Source: Gammaproteobacteria bacterium (lineage in GTDB: Bacteria; Pseudomonadota; Gammaproteobacteria; Steroidobacterales; Foliamicaceae). From it: 64,000 nucleotides of DNA. Shown in pieces: positions 19,021 to 28,117 of this stretch. Within the stretch, counting starts at the first letter, position 1; each line of letters begins with the position of its first letter. Location: positions 527,773 to 591,772 of the forward strand of contig OY762933.1 in assembly GCA_963666765.1 (NCBI GenBank), in the 5' to 3' direction. Position numbers and translations under genes: made by a program. The notes under the pieces are model-generated. The model was not told where the DNA came from, did no database searches, and saw only the letters and a program-made list of their open reading frames with translations.

Positions 19021-19260
19021 CTATTCCTCCAGGCGGGCGGAAATGAAGTCGATTGCTTCCTGAACGGTGGTTATCTGCTCGGCGTTCTCGTCGGGGATCT
19101 CGGTTTCGAACTCTTCCTCAAGCGCCATCACCAATTCGACGGTGTCCAGCGAGTCCGCGCCCAGGTCATCGACAAACGAAGACTCGTTCGTAATGCTTGA
19201 TTCGGACACGCCAAGCTGCTCGGCGATGATCGCTTTGATCTGTTGTTCCACATTGCTCAT
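19021..19260 (-). CDS. acpP: Acyl carrier protein
   Basis: [20 protein letters not shown]. Confidence 0.98.
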   Translation of the reverse strand: MSNVEQQIKAIIAEQLGVSESSITNESSFVDDLGADSLDTVELVMALEEEFETEIPDENAEQITTVQEAIDFISARLEE

Positions 19261-19381
19261 AGATCCAGTTCCTCTAGGCGCCGGGGGGAACCGGCATGGA
19301 TGCCGAAAGCGCGTATTTTAACGGAATACCGGCGCTTCCGGGAGTTAGAGCGCTTGAAGTCGAGAACAGTCCCGCCAACGT

Positions 19382-20131
19382 TCAGCCCATCCACATTCCG
19401 CCGTTCACGTGAAGCACGGTTCCGGTGACGTAGGATGCCGCGGGAGAAGCCAGGTAGACGGCCGCGCCGGCCACGTCCAGCGGCGTCCCGACACGTCCGG
19501 CGGGAATCCGGACGATCATCGCGTCCTTTCGCTCGGCGGGAAGATCCGCGGTCATGCCGGTCTCGATATAGCCCGGCGCGATCGCGTTCACGGTAATCCC
19601 GCGTCCGGCCACTTCCTGGGCCAGCGCGCGGGTGAAGCCCAGCAATCCGGCCTTGGCCGCCGCGTAGTTGCCCTGCCCTGCCGCGCCGGCAACGCCCACC
19701 ACCGAGGACAGGTTGATGATGCGCCCTCGCCTCGCCTTCAGCATGCCGCGCAGACAGGCCTTGCACAGCCGGTAGGCCGAGTTGAGATTGGTGTTGACGA
19801 CGTCCTGCCAGTCGTCCGGCTTCATCCTCAGCAGCAGCTTGTCGCGGACAATTCCGGCGTTGTTCACCAGGATGGTCGGAAGGCGCCCGCCCAGGTCCGC
19901 CATGAGAGCCTTTACGCTCTTGTCGGAGGCCACGTCGAGCACCTTTCCCGCATCGTCCCCGCCAAGGCGTTCGGCAATTGCCGATGCGCCCGCCGACGTT
20001 GTCGCGGTACCGATCACGTCGGCTCCGGCTGCCCGGAACTGCCCTGCGATCTCGGCGCCGATGCCGCGCGTGGCGCCCGTGACCAGCGCGATCTCCCCGC
20101 TGAGGGAAAAGAGATGGGTATCGTCAGACAC
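19382..20131 (-). CDS. fabG: 3-oxoacyl-ACP reductase
   Basis: ALVTGATRGIG, NNAGI, YAAAK and LHVNGG. Lies upstream of acpP. GTG start inferred. Confidence 0.93.
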   Translation of the reverse strand: MSDDTHLFSLSGEIALVTGATRGIGAEIAGQFRAAGADVIGTATTSAGASAIAERLGGDDAGKVLDVASDKSVKALMADLGGRLPTILVNNAGIVRDKLLLRMKPDDWQDVVNTNLNSAYRLCKACLRGMLKARRGRIINLSSVVGVAGAAGQGNYAAAKAGLLGFTRALAQEVAGRGITVNAIAPGYIETGMTADLPAERKDAMIVRIPAGRVGTPLDVAGAAVYLASPAASYVTGTVLHVNGGMWMG

Positions 20132-20183
20132 GCAAAAAGTATAGGCGATAGCGTCTTTAACGGCGCTCTGGCATGATTGCCGC

Positions 20184-20645
20184 ATGACGCTCGAAGACCC
20201 TCGCAGGCAGAGTCCGGCGCAGCGATCCCGCGGTTTTACGCTCATGGAACTGCTGGTGGTGCTGGCCATCATCGGCATCCTGGCCGCGATTGCGACGGGC
20301 GTTTACGTCAGCCGCGTCGATGATGCGCGGATTACCCGGGCCCGGGCGGACATCCAGACCATAGAGGCGGCGCTGGATATATTCCGGCTGGACAATTTCC
20401 GCTACCCGACCACTGCGGAGGGCCTGGAGGCGCTGGTGGAACGGCCCAACGATCCCAACATCCGCTGGCCCGAGGGCGGTTATATGCGGCGGCTGCCGCT
20501 GGATCCCTGGAATCGCGCCTATCGCTATGCCAGCCCGGGCCGCAGGGGCGAAGTGGATGTCTTTACGCTGGGACGCGACGGTGAGGAAGGCGGCGAGGGG
20601 CAGGATCGGGACATCGGCAACTGGAATCTCGACCGGCAGCCGTGA
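20184..20645 (+). CDS. gspG: Type II secretion major pseudopilin
   Basis: GFTLMELLVV prepilin site, LD.FRLDN.RYPT..GL.AL, DPW and G.DG..GGEG...DI.NW. Confidence 0.95.
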   Translation: MTLEDPRRQSPAQRSRGFTLMELLVVLAIIGILAAIATGVYVSRVDDARITRARADIQTIEAALDIFRLDNFRYPTTAEGLEALVERPNDPNIRWPEGGYMRRLPLDPWNRAYRYASPGRRGEVDVFTLGRDGEEGGEGQDRDIGNWNLDRQP

Positions 20646-21178
20646 TGGCATACCGCAAGACCGCGCGCGCGAGGCGTGGTTTTACGCTGATCGAAATACT
20701 GGTTGTCCTGGCGCTGATCGCGGTGCTGACGGGTTTGGCTGCCCTTTCGGCGGGCGCTGCGGGCAGCCCGGTAACGCGCGAGGCGCGCAGGCTGGCCGCC
20801 ACCCTCAAGCTGGCCACCGACGAGAGCCGTCTGCAGGGAAGGGTTCTGGGGCTGAGCTTCCGTTACGACGGATATTCCTGGCTTGAACTGGTTTCCGGAG
20901 AGACGGAGCCGGGGTCCGGCCCCGATTTCCTCTGGCAAGCCCTGCCCGGGCGGGGAGCACTGGCGCCCCGGTCCTGGCCGCAGGCCATGCGGTTCGAGTT
21001 GAGGATTGACGGCCGGATGGTTACGCCGGCGTCCGCGGCCATCGATGCCGCGCCGCAGATCGTGCTTCTGCCCGAAGGCGAGTTCACGCCGTTTTCGCTG
21101 CGGCTGGTCGGCACGCGGGATGCGGACGCGACCATGCGCTTCAGGTCATCCGGGCAATTCGAGCTTGAAGGCCCGTGA
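20645..21178 (+). CDS. gspH: Type II secretion minor pseudopilin H
   Basis: GFTLIEILVV and PQIVLLPEGEFTPF. Operon order. Confidence 0.85.
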   Translation: MAYRKTARARRGFTLIEILVVLALIAVLTGLAALSAGAAGSPVTREARRLAATLKLATDESRLQGRVLGLSFRYDGYSWLELVSGETEPGSGPDFLWQALPGRGALAPRSWPQAMRFELRIDGRMVTPASAAIDAAPQIVLLPEGEFTPFSLRLVGTRDADATMRFRSSGQFELEGP

Positions 21179-21549
21179 AGCGAGGGTTCACCCTGCTCGA
21201 AGTGCTGGTTGCGCTGGCGATTGTCGCCCTGGGACTCAGCGCCGCATTCGCCGCCACCGGGCAGGCGGCCCGCAGCACCGAACAGTTGCGGGTCCGCACG
21301 CTGGCCCAGTGGGCGGCCGCGGACGCACTGACGGCCTTGCGCCTGGCCGGCGAACTTCCCGGCGGGCAATCGCGACGGGAGGAAGAGATTTCCGGGCGGG
21401 TCTGGTGGGTGGATTACCGGGTCCGCGAGTCCGGCGCCGAGACCCTGCGCGACGTGGAAGTGCTGATTGGCGCCGAACGTGGCGCCCCGGTTCTGGCGGG
21501 CGCCAGGGGCATGGTGCGCATCCGGACCGAAGCGGAGGGCGAGGAATGA
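21175..21549 (+). CDS. gspI: Type II secretion minor pseudopilin I
   Basis: GFTLLEVLVALAI and L..RTLAQW.A. Operon order. Confidence 0.87.
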   Translation: MKRGFTLLEVLVALAIVALGLSAAFAATGQAARSTEQLRVRTLAQWAAADALTALRLAGELPGGQSRREEEISGRVWWVDYRVRESGAETLRDVEVLIGAERGAPVLAGARGMVRIRTEAEGEE

Positions 21550-22166
21550 AGATCCGTTCCCGCCTGAGCGGCTTTACCCTGATCGAATTGCTGGTGGCCC
21601 TTGCCATCTTCGCCGTGATGGCGACGCTGGCCTTCGGCGGAATCGGCGAAGCGGTCATACAGTCGGAACGGCTGGACCGGCAGCAACAGCGCTGGCAGGC
21701 CCTGCAGCGGGCCGTGCGTCTGATGGAAAACGATCTTGCCCAGTTGCGCTCCCGCCCGGTGCGCGGCATCCTGGGCCAGGATTACGAGCCGGCGGTGGAA
21801 GCGTCCGGTGCGGGCGATCTGATCTTTACCCGGGGGGGTTGGCTGAACCCGGGATTGCTGCCGCGGGCCGAATTGCAGCGGGTGCGTTACCGATTCGTCG
21901 ACGGCCGCCTGCTCAGGGAGTACTGGCCGGTGCTGGACCGGGTCGGGGCAACCGAGGCAAGCGGAGAGGTGCTGCTTGCGGAAATGGAAGATTTCCGGGT
22001 GGAATTTCTGCCTGCGGCCGGAGCGGGGTCGGCCGCGTGGACCGCGTTCTGGCCGCCGCCCGGCGATTTCTCCGCCGAGACGCTGCCGGCCGGAGTGCGG
22101 ATTACGCTCGCAGTTGCGGGCGTCGGAACGGTCGCGCGACTCATCGAGGTGAACCTTGAGAATTGA
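21546..22166 (+). CDS. gspJ: Type II secretion minor pseudopilin J
   Basis: GFTLIELLVALAIFA, DL.Q...RPVR, FTRGGW.NP, LQRV.Y and W.VLDR. Confidence 0.9.
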   Translation: MKIRSRLSGFTLIELLVALAIFAVMATLAFGGIGEAVIQSERLDRQQQRWQALQRAVRLMENDLAQLRSRPVRGILGQDYEPAVEASGAGDLIFTRGGWLNPGLLPRAELQRVRYRFVDGRLLREYWPVLDRVGATEASGEVLLAEMEDFRVEFLPAAGAGSAAWTAFWPPPGDFSAETLPAGVRITLAVAGVGTVARLIEVNLEN

Positions 22167-23112
22167 TCGCTCCCAGCGGGGACTGGCGCTGATTTCCGCG
22201 CTGCTCATCGTCAGCCTGGCCGGAGTTCTGGGTGCGGCGCGGATGTTTGCCCTGCAGCTCGAAACACAGTCCTCCAGGGCGTTGATCGGCAGCGCGCAGG
22301 CGCGCCTGCTGGCCCTGGGTATCGAGGAGCTGGCGGCTGAAATCCTGGCCGAAGATGCGCTCAGCAGCGACACGGACCACTACGGCGAACCCTGGTTCCG
22401 CGGCCTTGGCGACATGAACGTGGGGCCAATGCGGATTCAGGGGACAATGGAAGACATGCAGGGGCGCTTTAACCTGAACAACCTCGTAACCCCTCAGGGC
22501 ACGCCGGACATGATCGCGGTCGACCAGTTCAGGCGCCTGCTGCGCGTGTTGCAACTCGACGAAACGCTCGCCTACAGGACGCTGGACTGGATGGACGCCG
22601 ACAACCTTCCGCAGCCTTCGGTGGGCGCCGAAGACGAAGCCTATACGCGGCTTGCGCCGCCCTACCAGGCCCCCAACCGTCCGATGGAAGACGTATCGGA
22701 GCTCCTGGCGGTGGAGGGCGTCGACGCCGAGATCTGGCGCGTGCTTTCGCCGCACGTAACGGCGCTGCCGGTGGCCGGAACGCCGATTCCCGTCAACGTC
22801 AACACCGCGACGGAGGCAGTGCTGCGGTCGCTTGCGGAATACCCGGACCCCGCCCTGGCGCAGCGCTGGCGCGAACGGCAACTTTCCGGCGGCATGGTCG
22901 ACCTCGGCGAGGTGCAGTCCGCACTGCCTTCCCAAATGGCCGGGCGGGTTTCGCTATCCAGCAACTGGTTCGCACTTCGCCTGGCCGTCAACGCCGACGG
23001 TACGCGCTTTTATCTGACCAGTTTGCTGGACCGCAGCCACGGCCAGGTCCAGGCTCGCTGGCGCCGCCAGGGATTGCCGCCGGAAGCCTGGCTGGCGCCG
23101 GTCGAAGGCTAA
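22156..23112 (+). CDS. gspK: Type II secretion minor pseudopilin K
   Basis: QRGLALISALLIV, D.QGRFNLNNL, DWMDAD, GAED..Y and NVNTA. Confidence 0.92.
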   Translation: MRIDRSQRGLALISALLIVSLAGVLGAARMFALQLETQSSRALIGSAQARLLALGIEELAAEILAEDALSSDTDHYGEPWFRGLGDMNVGPMRIQGTMEDMQGRFNLNNLVTPQGTPDMIAVDQFRRLLRVLQLDETLAYRTLDWMDADNLPQPSVGAEDEAYTRLAPPYQAPNRPMEDVSELLAVEGVDAEIWRVLSPHVTALPVAGTPIPVNVNTATEAVLRSLAEYPDPALAQRWRERQLSGGMVDLGEVQSALPSQMAGRVSLSSNWFALRLAVNADGTRFYLTSLLDRSHGQVQARWRRQGLPPEAWLAPVEG

Positions 23113-23137
23113 GATCGGCTCAGGGCGCTGCGCGGCG

Positions 23138-24361
23138 ATGGAATACCTGGTAATCCGGATCAGAGACCTCGAAGGGAGCGCCTGCTGGCAGGCCGTGGAC
23201 GCCCACGGCGCGCCGCTGGCCGAGAGCGGCGAAGGAGACCTGGAGCAGGCCGCGGAGCTGGTCGACGGGTGCAAGGTCGTCCTTCTGATCCCGGCGCGCG
23301 AAGTATTTCGGGCCCGCCTGGGCCTGCCGGCGCGTGGGCGCCGTTCGGCGGTGCGGGGCGCCAAGTACGCGCTGGAAGACCGAATTGCGGGCGACGTGGA
23401 GGACCTGCATTTTGCGGTAGGCGCTGCTGACGGCGATGAACTGGACGTGGCGGCCGTGGACCGGAAATGGCTGGCCGCCCTCCTGGAAAGGGCGATAGAG
23501 GCGGGATTGCGGCCGGTCGCGGTTCATGGTGAAGGCGACGCCCTTCCCGACCTTCCCAACACCGCCGCGGCGCTGCTGGAGGCGGACAGCCTGCTGCTGC
23601 GCGACGGCAGTGGGCAAGTCGTGTCGGCCGGGCCGGCGGAGCTCGCGGGGCTCGTCGACATCGCCTGCGCCAAACACGCCGGCGAGCAGGCCGTTCCGTT
23701 CCGGCTGGTGATCTATTGCGAGTCCGGTATCGAGGATGCGGCACGGGAAGCGATGACTCACCTGGACGGACGGGAGGTGGAACTCAGGCTGCTGGACCAG
23801 GGCGTCATGCCGCAGCTGGCCGCGGAGTCGATGTCCGGCGAGGCCGTGAACCTGTTGCAGGGTGAATTCCGGCCCCGCAATGACCGCAGCCGCGGGCTCC
23901 GCGAAATCGCTGTCGGCCTGCTTGCCGTGGCCCTGCTGTTGCCCGGGTACCTGGCCATGGACGGTTGGCGTGCGCACCGGGAATACCGGTCAATTGCGGA
24001 AGCTGTGGAAGCGCGGCTGCGGCAACTGATGCCGGATGTCGGAGCGGCAGCGGAACTCAGGGGCGAGTTCAGGCGCCGCATCGCCTCGGCTGATCTGTCC
24101 GCGGCCGCCAACAGCGACGGGTTCCTGCGGCTGCTGCAATCTCTGGAGCTCGACGGCAGCGACCGGACCAGCGTGCTGGGGCTGAACTACGGCAGCGGAT
24201 CAGCCAGCGTGCGCCTGGCGGCCGCGGACATGGAAACGCTGGAAAAGGCCCGTCGAAGCCTGATCGCCAGCGGCTATTCAGTTCTGATCCAGACTGCCGT
24301 GCCGGAGTCCAACGGATCGGTCGTGGGTGAACTGAGTATTCGTGATGACCCGGACCGCTGA
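23138..24361 (+). CDS. gspL: Type II secretion inner-membrane protein L
   Basis: YALED.IA.DVEDLHFA and NLLQGEF followed by a TM helix. Confidence 0.88.
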   Translation: MEYLVIRIRDLEGSACWQAVDAHGAPLAESGEGDLEQAAELVDGCKVVLLIPAREVFRARLGLPARGRRSAVRGAKYALEDRIAGDVEDLHFAVGAADGDELDVAAVDRKWLAALLERAIEAGLRPVAVHGEGDALPDLPNTAAALLEADSLLLRDGSGQVVSAGPAELAGLVDIACAKHAGEQAVPFRLVIYCESGIEDAAREAMTHLDGREVELRLLDQGVMPQLAAESMSGEAVNLLQGEFRPRNDRSRGLREIAVGLLAVALLLPGYLAMDGWRAHREYRSIAEAVEARLRQLMPDVGAAAELRGEFRRRIASADLSAAANSDGFLRLLQSLELDGSDRTSVLGLNYGSGSASVRLAAADMETLEKARRSLIASGYSVLIQTAVPESNGSVVGELSIRDDPDR

Positions 24362-24827
24362 GCTCTGGCGTGACAGATCGGCGCGCGAGCAGGTGCTGCT
24401 CGGGGCGCTGGCGCTGTTGGCGCTCGGCGCGATCTGGTATTTCGCCGCGGTCGGCCCGCTGCTGGAGCGGGCCGAAATCAACAAGCAGAGGCGCGCAGCG
24501 GAGACCGCGTTGCTTGAACGGGTGGAACGACTGGGCAGCCGGATGCCGGCCCTGCCCGCGCCGCGCCCGCGATCGGACGCCTCGCTGCTGCTTCTGGTCA
24601 ACCGTTCAATCCGCGACGCCGGCCTGGGCGGTTTTCTTGAGGAAGGCGCCGCCGATGGCGAGTCCCGCGTCCGCCTGCGCCTGTTCGACGCCCCGTTTCC
24701 GCAGGTCAGCGCATGGTTAGCCAGCCTTGCGGTACAGGAAGGCATCCGCACCGTCAGCGCCGACATCGAGCGTGGCTCGTCGCCCGGCGTCACCCGGGTC
24801 AGCTTGGTACTGGAACGCAGCGACTAG
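24345..24827 (+). CDS. gspM: Type II secretion inner-membrane protein M
   Basis: W...S.REQ.LL followed by a TM helix, and F.....WL..L. Last gene of the gsp run. Confidence 0.82.
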   Translation: MTRTAELWRDRSAREQVLLGALALLALGAIWYFAAVGPLLERAEINKQRRAAETALLERVERLGSRMPALPAPRPRSDASLLLLVNRSIRDAGLGGFLEEGAADGESRVRLRLFDAPFPQVSAWLASLAVQEGIRTVSADIERGSSPGVTRVSLVLERSD

Positions 24828-27800
24828 TCGGTCGCGCCATCCTCCGCCGCGGAGACTTCGCGGAAGGCGCGGTGCAGAGGAAAGTAGAGCGCGGTTCGGA
24901 TTGGGCGGTTCTCCCGCGCCCGCATGGCTGAACGGTACCGCTCCAGTTGCGGCGCGTATCGCCGTTCCTCTTCATCCAGGAAACTATCCAGGTCGGCGCC
25001 TTCGTGGCGGGAAGTCTTGTAGTCCACGATCCAGCGCTCGCCCTCATACACGAAGCTGCGGTCCAGGATCAGGCTGCGAGTGCGGCCATCTTCCTGCAAT
25101 GAAAGCGGCAGTTCGCTGGCCGCTTCCTCGTGGCGCTCCAGCGTCCAGCGGCCCTTTTCGTCATCCAGCGTATTGCGTAGCGCGGTCTCCACGTCGGCTG
25201 TCAGTGACTCCAGTTCGTCCGACGGAACGCCGTAAGACTGCAGGATGCGGCGGGTCCTGGGGCGCAGGCTATCGAGATGCCCGGGCAAGAACGCATCCGT
25301 ACCCCGCTCGGCAAATTCCTGCAGCCAGCGGTGCACCGTGAGGCCGAGGACCCGGGCGCGCTCGCCGGCCCAGACGTACGAAGGCGACTGAACCGCCTCG
25401 GGCGCGGGAGCGGCCATGGGCTCGGGAGGCTTCGGCGGTCGCCAGTCCGTTGGCACGCGATGGATGACGGGGTCCACGAAGCGCCGCCTTCTTGCGCTGC
25501 GCCCCTTGGCCGGCAACGGCGCCGGAGGCTTCTCGTCGAACAGGCGTTCCAGGGCTTCCTGCAGGTCGGCCGCCATGGTTCTTGCCGTGGGCCTGAACTC
25601 TCCCGGACCCTGCGTCTCTTCGTCCCGGACGAGACCCACCAGCAGGTTAAGCCGGCTGCGCGCACGGGTGCTCGCCACGTAGAGCAGGCGCTTGCGCTCG
25701 GCGTCTTCGCGCGCTTTCGCCAGCGCATCGAGGTAGGCAAACACGGCATCGTCGTCATTGCCGCGGCTTGACGGCGGAACGGCCAAGAGGGTCGCGCTCC
25801 CCGCCTTCCCGTCCGGGCCGTCTTCGCCGGGCGGCGGCTGCCACCAACGCAGGACAGGCGCCCTGCCGCCCGTTATGTTGCGCCCCAGCCCCGGCAGGAT
25901 GACGGTGTCGAACTCAAGGCCCTTGGCCTTGTGCATGGTCAGGATCTGTACCTGGGCGCCGGTTTCCGGGTTGGTCACGAACTCGTCGGCGAGTTGCAGC
26001 GTGCGGGCAACCGCGTCATCGATCAGGCTGCCTGTGCTGGCTTCGGCGAGGCTGTCCAGGAACTCGCCGGCGTGACGCACGGCATTCGCGTCGGTGTTGC
26101 CTGCTGGTCCTCCCAGCGCCAGCCAGGTCCCTTCCACCCAGCTGCGAAAATCCAGCTGTCCCTTCAATTCAAGTGCGTTCTCAAGCACCGGGATGACGCG
26201 GGCCAGGCGAGCCTGCCCGTCCTCGCTCAGCGCCTCCAATCGTTTGGCGTCCGAAAGCAACTCGTGGATTGTCTTTCCCGGGTCGTTATGACAGAGCCGG
26301 TGCAGGTCTTCAAGAGTCAGGCCGCACCATGGCGCTCTCAACAGGGCCAGCCATGCAATCCGGTCGGCGGGCTGCGCCAGTGCGCGCGCGACGGCGGCGA
26401 GGTCCTGCACCACGCTGTAGCGCCTGCGGCGATCGAACTCGGTGCGGCTGACCTTGATTTCGGTCCTGCTCAGGGCATGGCTGATCTCCTCGCCATGCGT
26501 GCGGCTGCGAACGAGAATTCCGATGGTGTCGTTCAGGCGTTCTTTCAGGGTCTTTCGCACGAGCCGCTCGACGATTGCAACCTCCGATTCATGGTCGCCC
26601 TTGCGGAAATGGTGCAGCTCGACCCCGGAGGCTTCCGAGGCCGCGCCCGGGGCCGGTTCGCAGGGTGTATAGGGCACCGTGCCCATGTGCGTATCGCCGC
26701 GGGCCGGAAAGACCTGCGGGAATATCTCGTTGAACCAGCCGACAAGCACGGGTGTCGAACGGAAGTTGACAGTCAATTTCAGCAGTTCCGGCCGCAACTG
26801 TTCCAGCCCCAGCTCGCAGACCCGCAGGTAACCGCGCACGTCGGCTTCGCGGAACCCGTAGATGGATTGCATGGGGTCGCCCACCATGAATACCGTGCGT
26901 CCGTCTCCGTCCTGCCACTCGCGGATCATTTGCTGCAGCAGGTCCAGCTGGGTGCGGGAGGTATCCTGAAACTCGTCCACCAGGATGTGGCGCAGCCGCG
27001 CATCCAGGCGCTCGGCCAGGAAAGACGGCCGATCGGCCTGCCCCAGGGCCCTGAGGGCCGCCTGGCTGACCTCGGTGTAGTCGGTTTCCCGGCGTTGGGC
27101 GAACAGGACCTTCAGATGCGCAAAGGCGTTTCGCAGGACCCGCATGACGCAATGCACCAGTTCCAGGCGTTCATCTTCGTACGCGGGCGATTCCAGGATG
27201 CGCAGACGCGCAAGGCGCTCGCGAAACTCGCGGGAATTGCGAATGGCCTTTTCCAGTTCCGGATCGAGTTCCTTCCTGAACCTGACATACCAGTCGTTCT
27301 TCTTTGTCAGAAGGTCGGCGGCAGCCCGGCCCCAGCCCGCGAGCGCTTCGGGTCGGGCGGGGTCTTGCGATTCTCCTTCGCCTGCCCAAAGCCGGACAAA
27401 GGCGGATTCGAATGCGCTGCGGTGCCGTCCAAGGCTGTCCAGCATTCGGCCGGTCTCGCGCCGCACCAGACCGCGCAGCGCCGCCTTGAGCGTGCCGGCA
27501 TTGTCTTCGGCGCCGAGCAGCGGCAGCCACTGCTCGCGCCTTGCCAGCATCCCCGCGATCAGTTCGGTGAACTGCTGCGCTTGACCATCCAGGCGCCGCA
27601 GCAGGGTTTCCACGTCGTGGTCACCCTGCCGGATGCCCTCGCGCAATAGGGTTTTCGCGGTCAGTTCGTACAAGGGTTTGGCGTCGGCTCGAAGGCTGCC
27701 AAGCGCCCCGCCGCCGCTGGAAACAGGTGAACTCACCGCCAGCCAGGATCCCAGGGCGTCGATGGTGATGATGCGCAGGCGGGCGGGGTTGTCCGGAAGG

Positions 27801-28117
27801 TCCCAGCCGCGCTTGCGCGACTGCTCGAGCACGCGCCGTGCCAGGCGCAGGCTCAGCTGGCGGTGGGGAGGCGCGTGGGGGTGCTCGGATGCCGCCTCTC
27901 TCAGGCTCCTCGATACGCGCTCGCGCATTTCAGCGGCCGCCTTGCGGGTAAACGTAATGGCCAGCACGGCGTCGGGTTCCTGCTCGCGTCCCAGCAGCCG
28001 CAGGTAGCGCTGGACCAGCAATTCGGTCTTGCCCGAACCTGCGGGGGCCTGGACGATGAACGAGCGCTTCGGGTCGAGCGCCCGTTCGCGAATTCCCTGG
28101 TCGGCCGGAGCCGTCAC
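24824..28117 (-). CDS. addA: AddA-type UvrD helicase with C-terminal PD-(D/E)XK nuclease
   Basis: QAPAGSGKT, ITFTRKAA, LVDEFQDT, VGDPMQSIYGFR, TMHKAKGLEF, LLYVASTRA and LDR...WIVDYKT...QLERY. GTG start overlaps the partner's stop. Confidence 0.88.
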   Translation of the reverse strand: MTAPADQGIRERALDPKRSFIVQAPAGSGKTELLVQRYLRLLGREQEPDAVLAITFTRKAAAEMRERVSRSLREAASEHPHAPPHRQLSLRLARRVLEQSRKRGWDLPDNPARLRIITIDALGSWLAVSSPVSSGGGALGSLRADAKPLYELTAKTLLREGIRQGDHDVETLLRRLDGQAQQFTELIAGMLARREQWLPLLGAEDNAGTLKAALRGLVRRETGRMLDSLGRHRSAFESAFVRLWAGEGESQDPARPEALAGWGRAAADLLTKKNDWYVRFRKELDPELEKAIRNSREFRERLARLRILESPAYEDERLELVHCVMRVLRNAFAHLKVLFAQRRETDYTEVSQAALRALGQADRPSFLAERLDARLRHILVDEFQDTSRTQLDLLQQMIREWQDGDGRTVFMVGDPMQSIYGFREADVRGYLRVCELGLEQLRPELLKLTVNFRSTPVLVGWFNEIFPQVFPARGDTHMGTVPYTPCEPAPGAASEASGVELHHFRKGDHESEVAIVERLVRKTLKERLNDTIGILVRSRTHGEEISHALSRTEIKVSRTEFDRRRRYSVVQDLAAVARALAQPADRIAWLALLRAPWCGLTLEDLHRLCHNDPGKTIHELLSDAKRLEALSEDGQARLARVIPVLENALELKGQLDFRSWVEGTWLALGGPAGNTDANAVRHAGEFLDSLAEASTGSLIDDAVARTLQLADEFVTNPETGAQVQILTMHKAKGLEFDTVILPGLGRNITGGRAPVLRWWQPPPGEDGPDGKAGSATLLAVPPSSRGNDDDAVFAYLDALAKAREDAERKRLLYVASTRARSRLNLLVGLVRDEETQGPGEFRPTARTMAADLQEALERLFDEKPPAPLPAKGRSARRRRFVDPVIHRVPTDWRPPKPPEPMAAPAPEAVQSPSYVWAGERARVLGLTVHRWLQEFAERGTDAFLPGHLDSLRPRTRRILQSYGVPSDELESLTADVETALRNTLDDEKGRWTLERHEEAASELPLSLQEDGRTRSLILDRSFVYEGERWIVDYKTSRHEGADLDSFLDEEERRYAPQLERYRSAMRARENRPIRTALYFPLHRAFREVSAAEDGATD

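Noticed and set aside
21006-21545. Apparent long N-terminus of GspJ
   Set aside because: It overlaps gspH/gspI. The prepilin motif follows ATG 21546.
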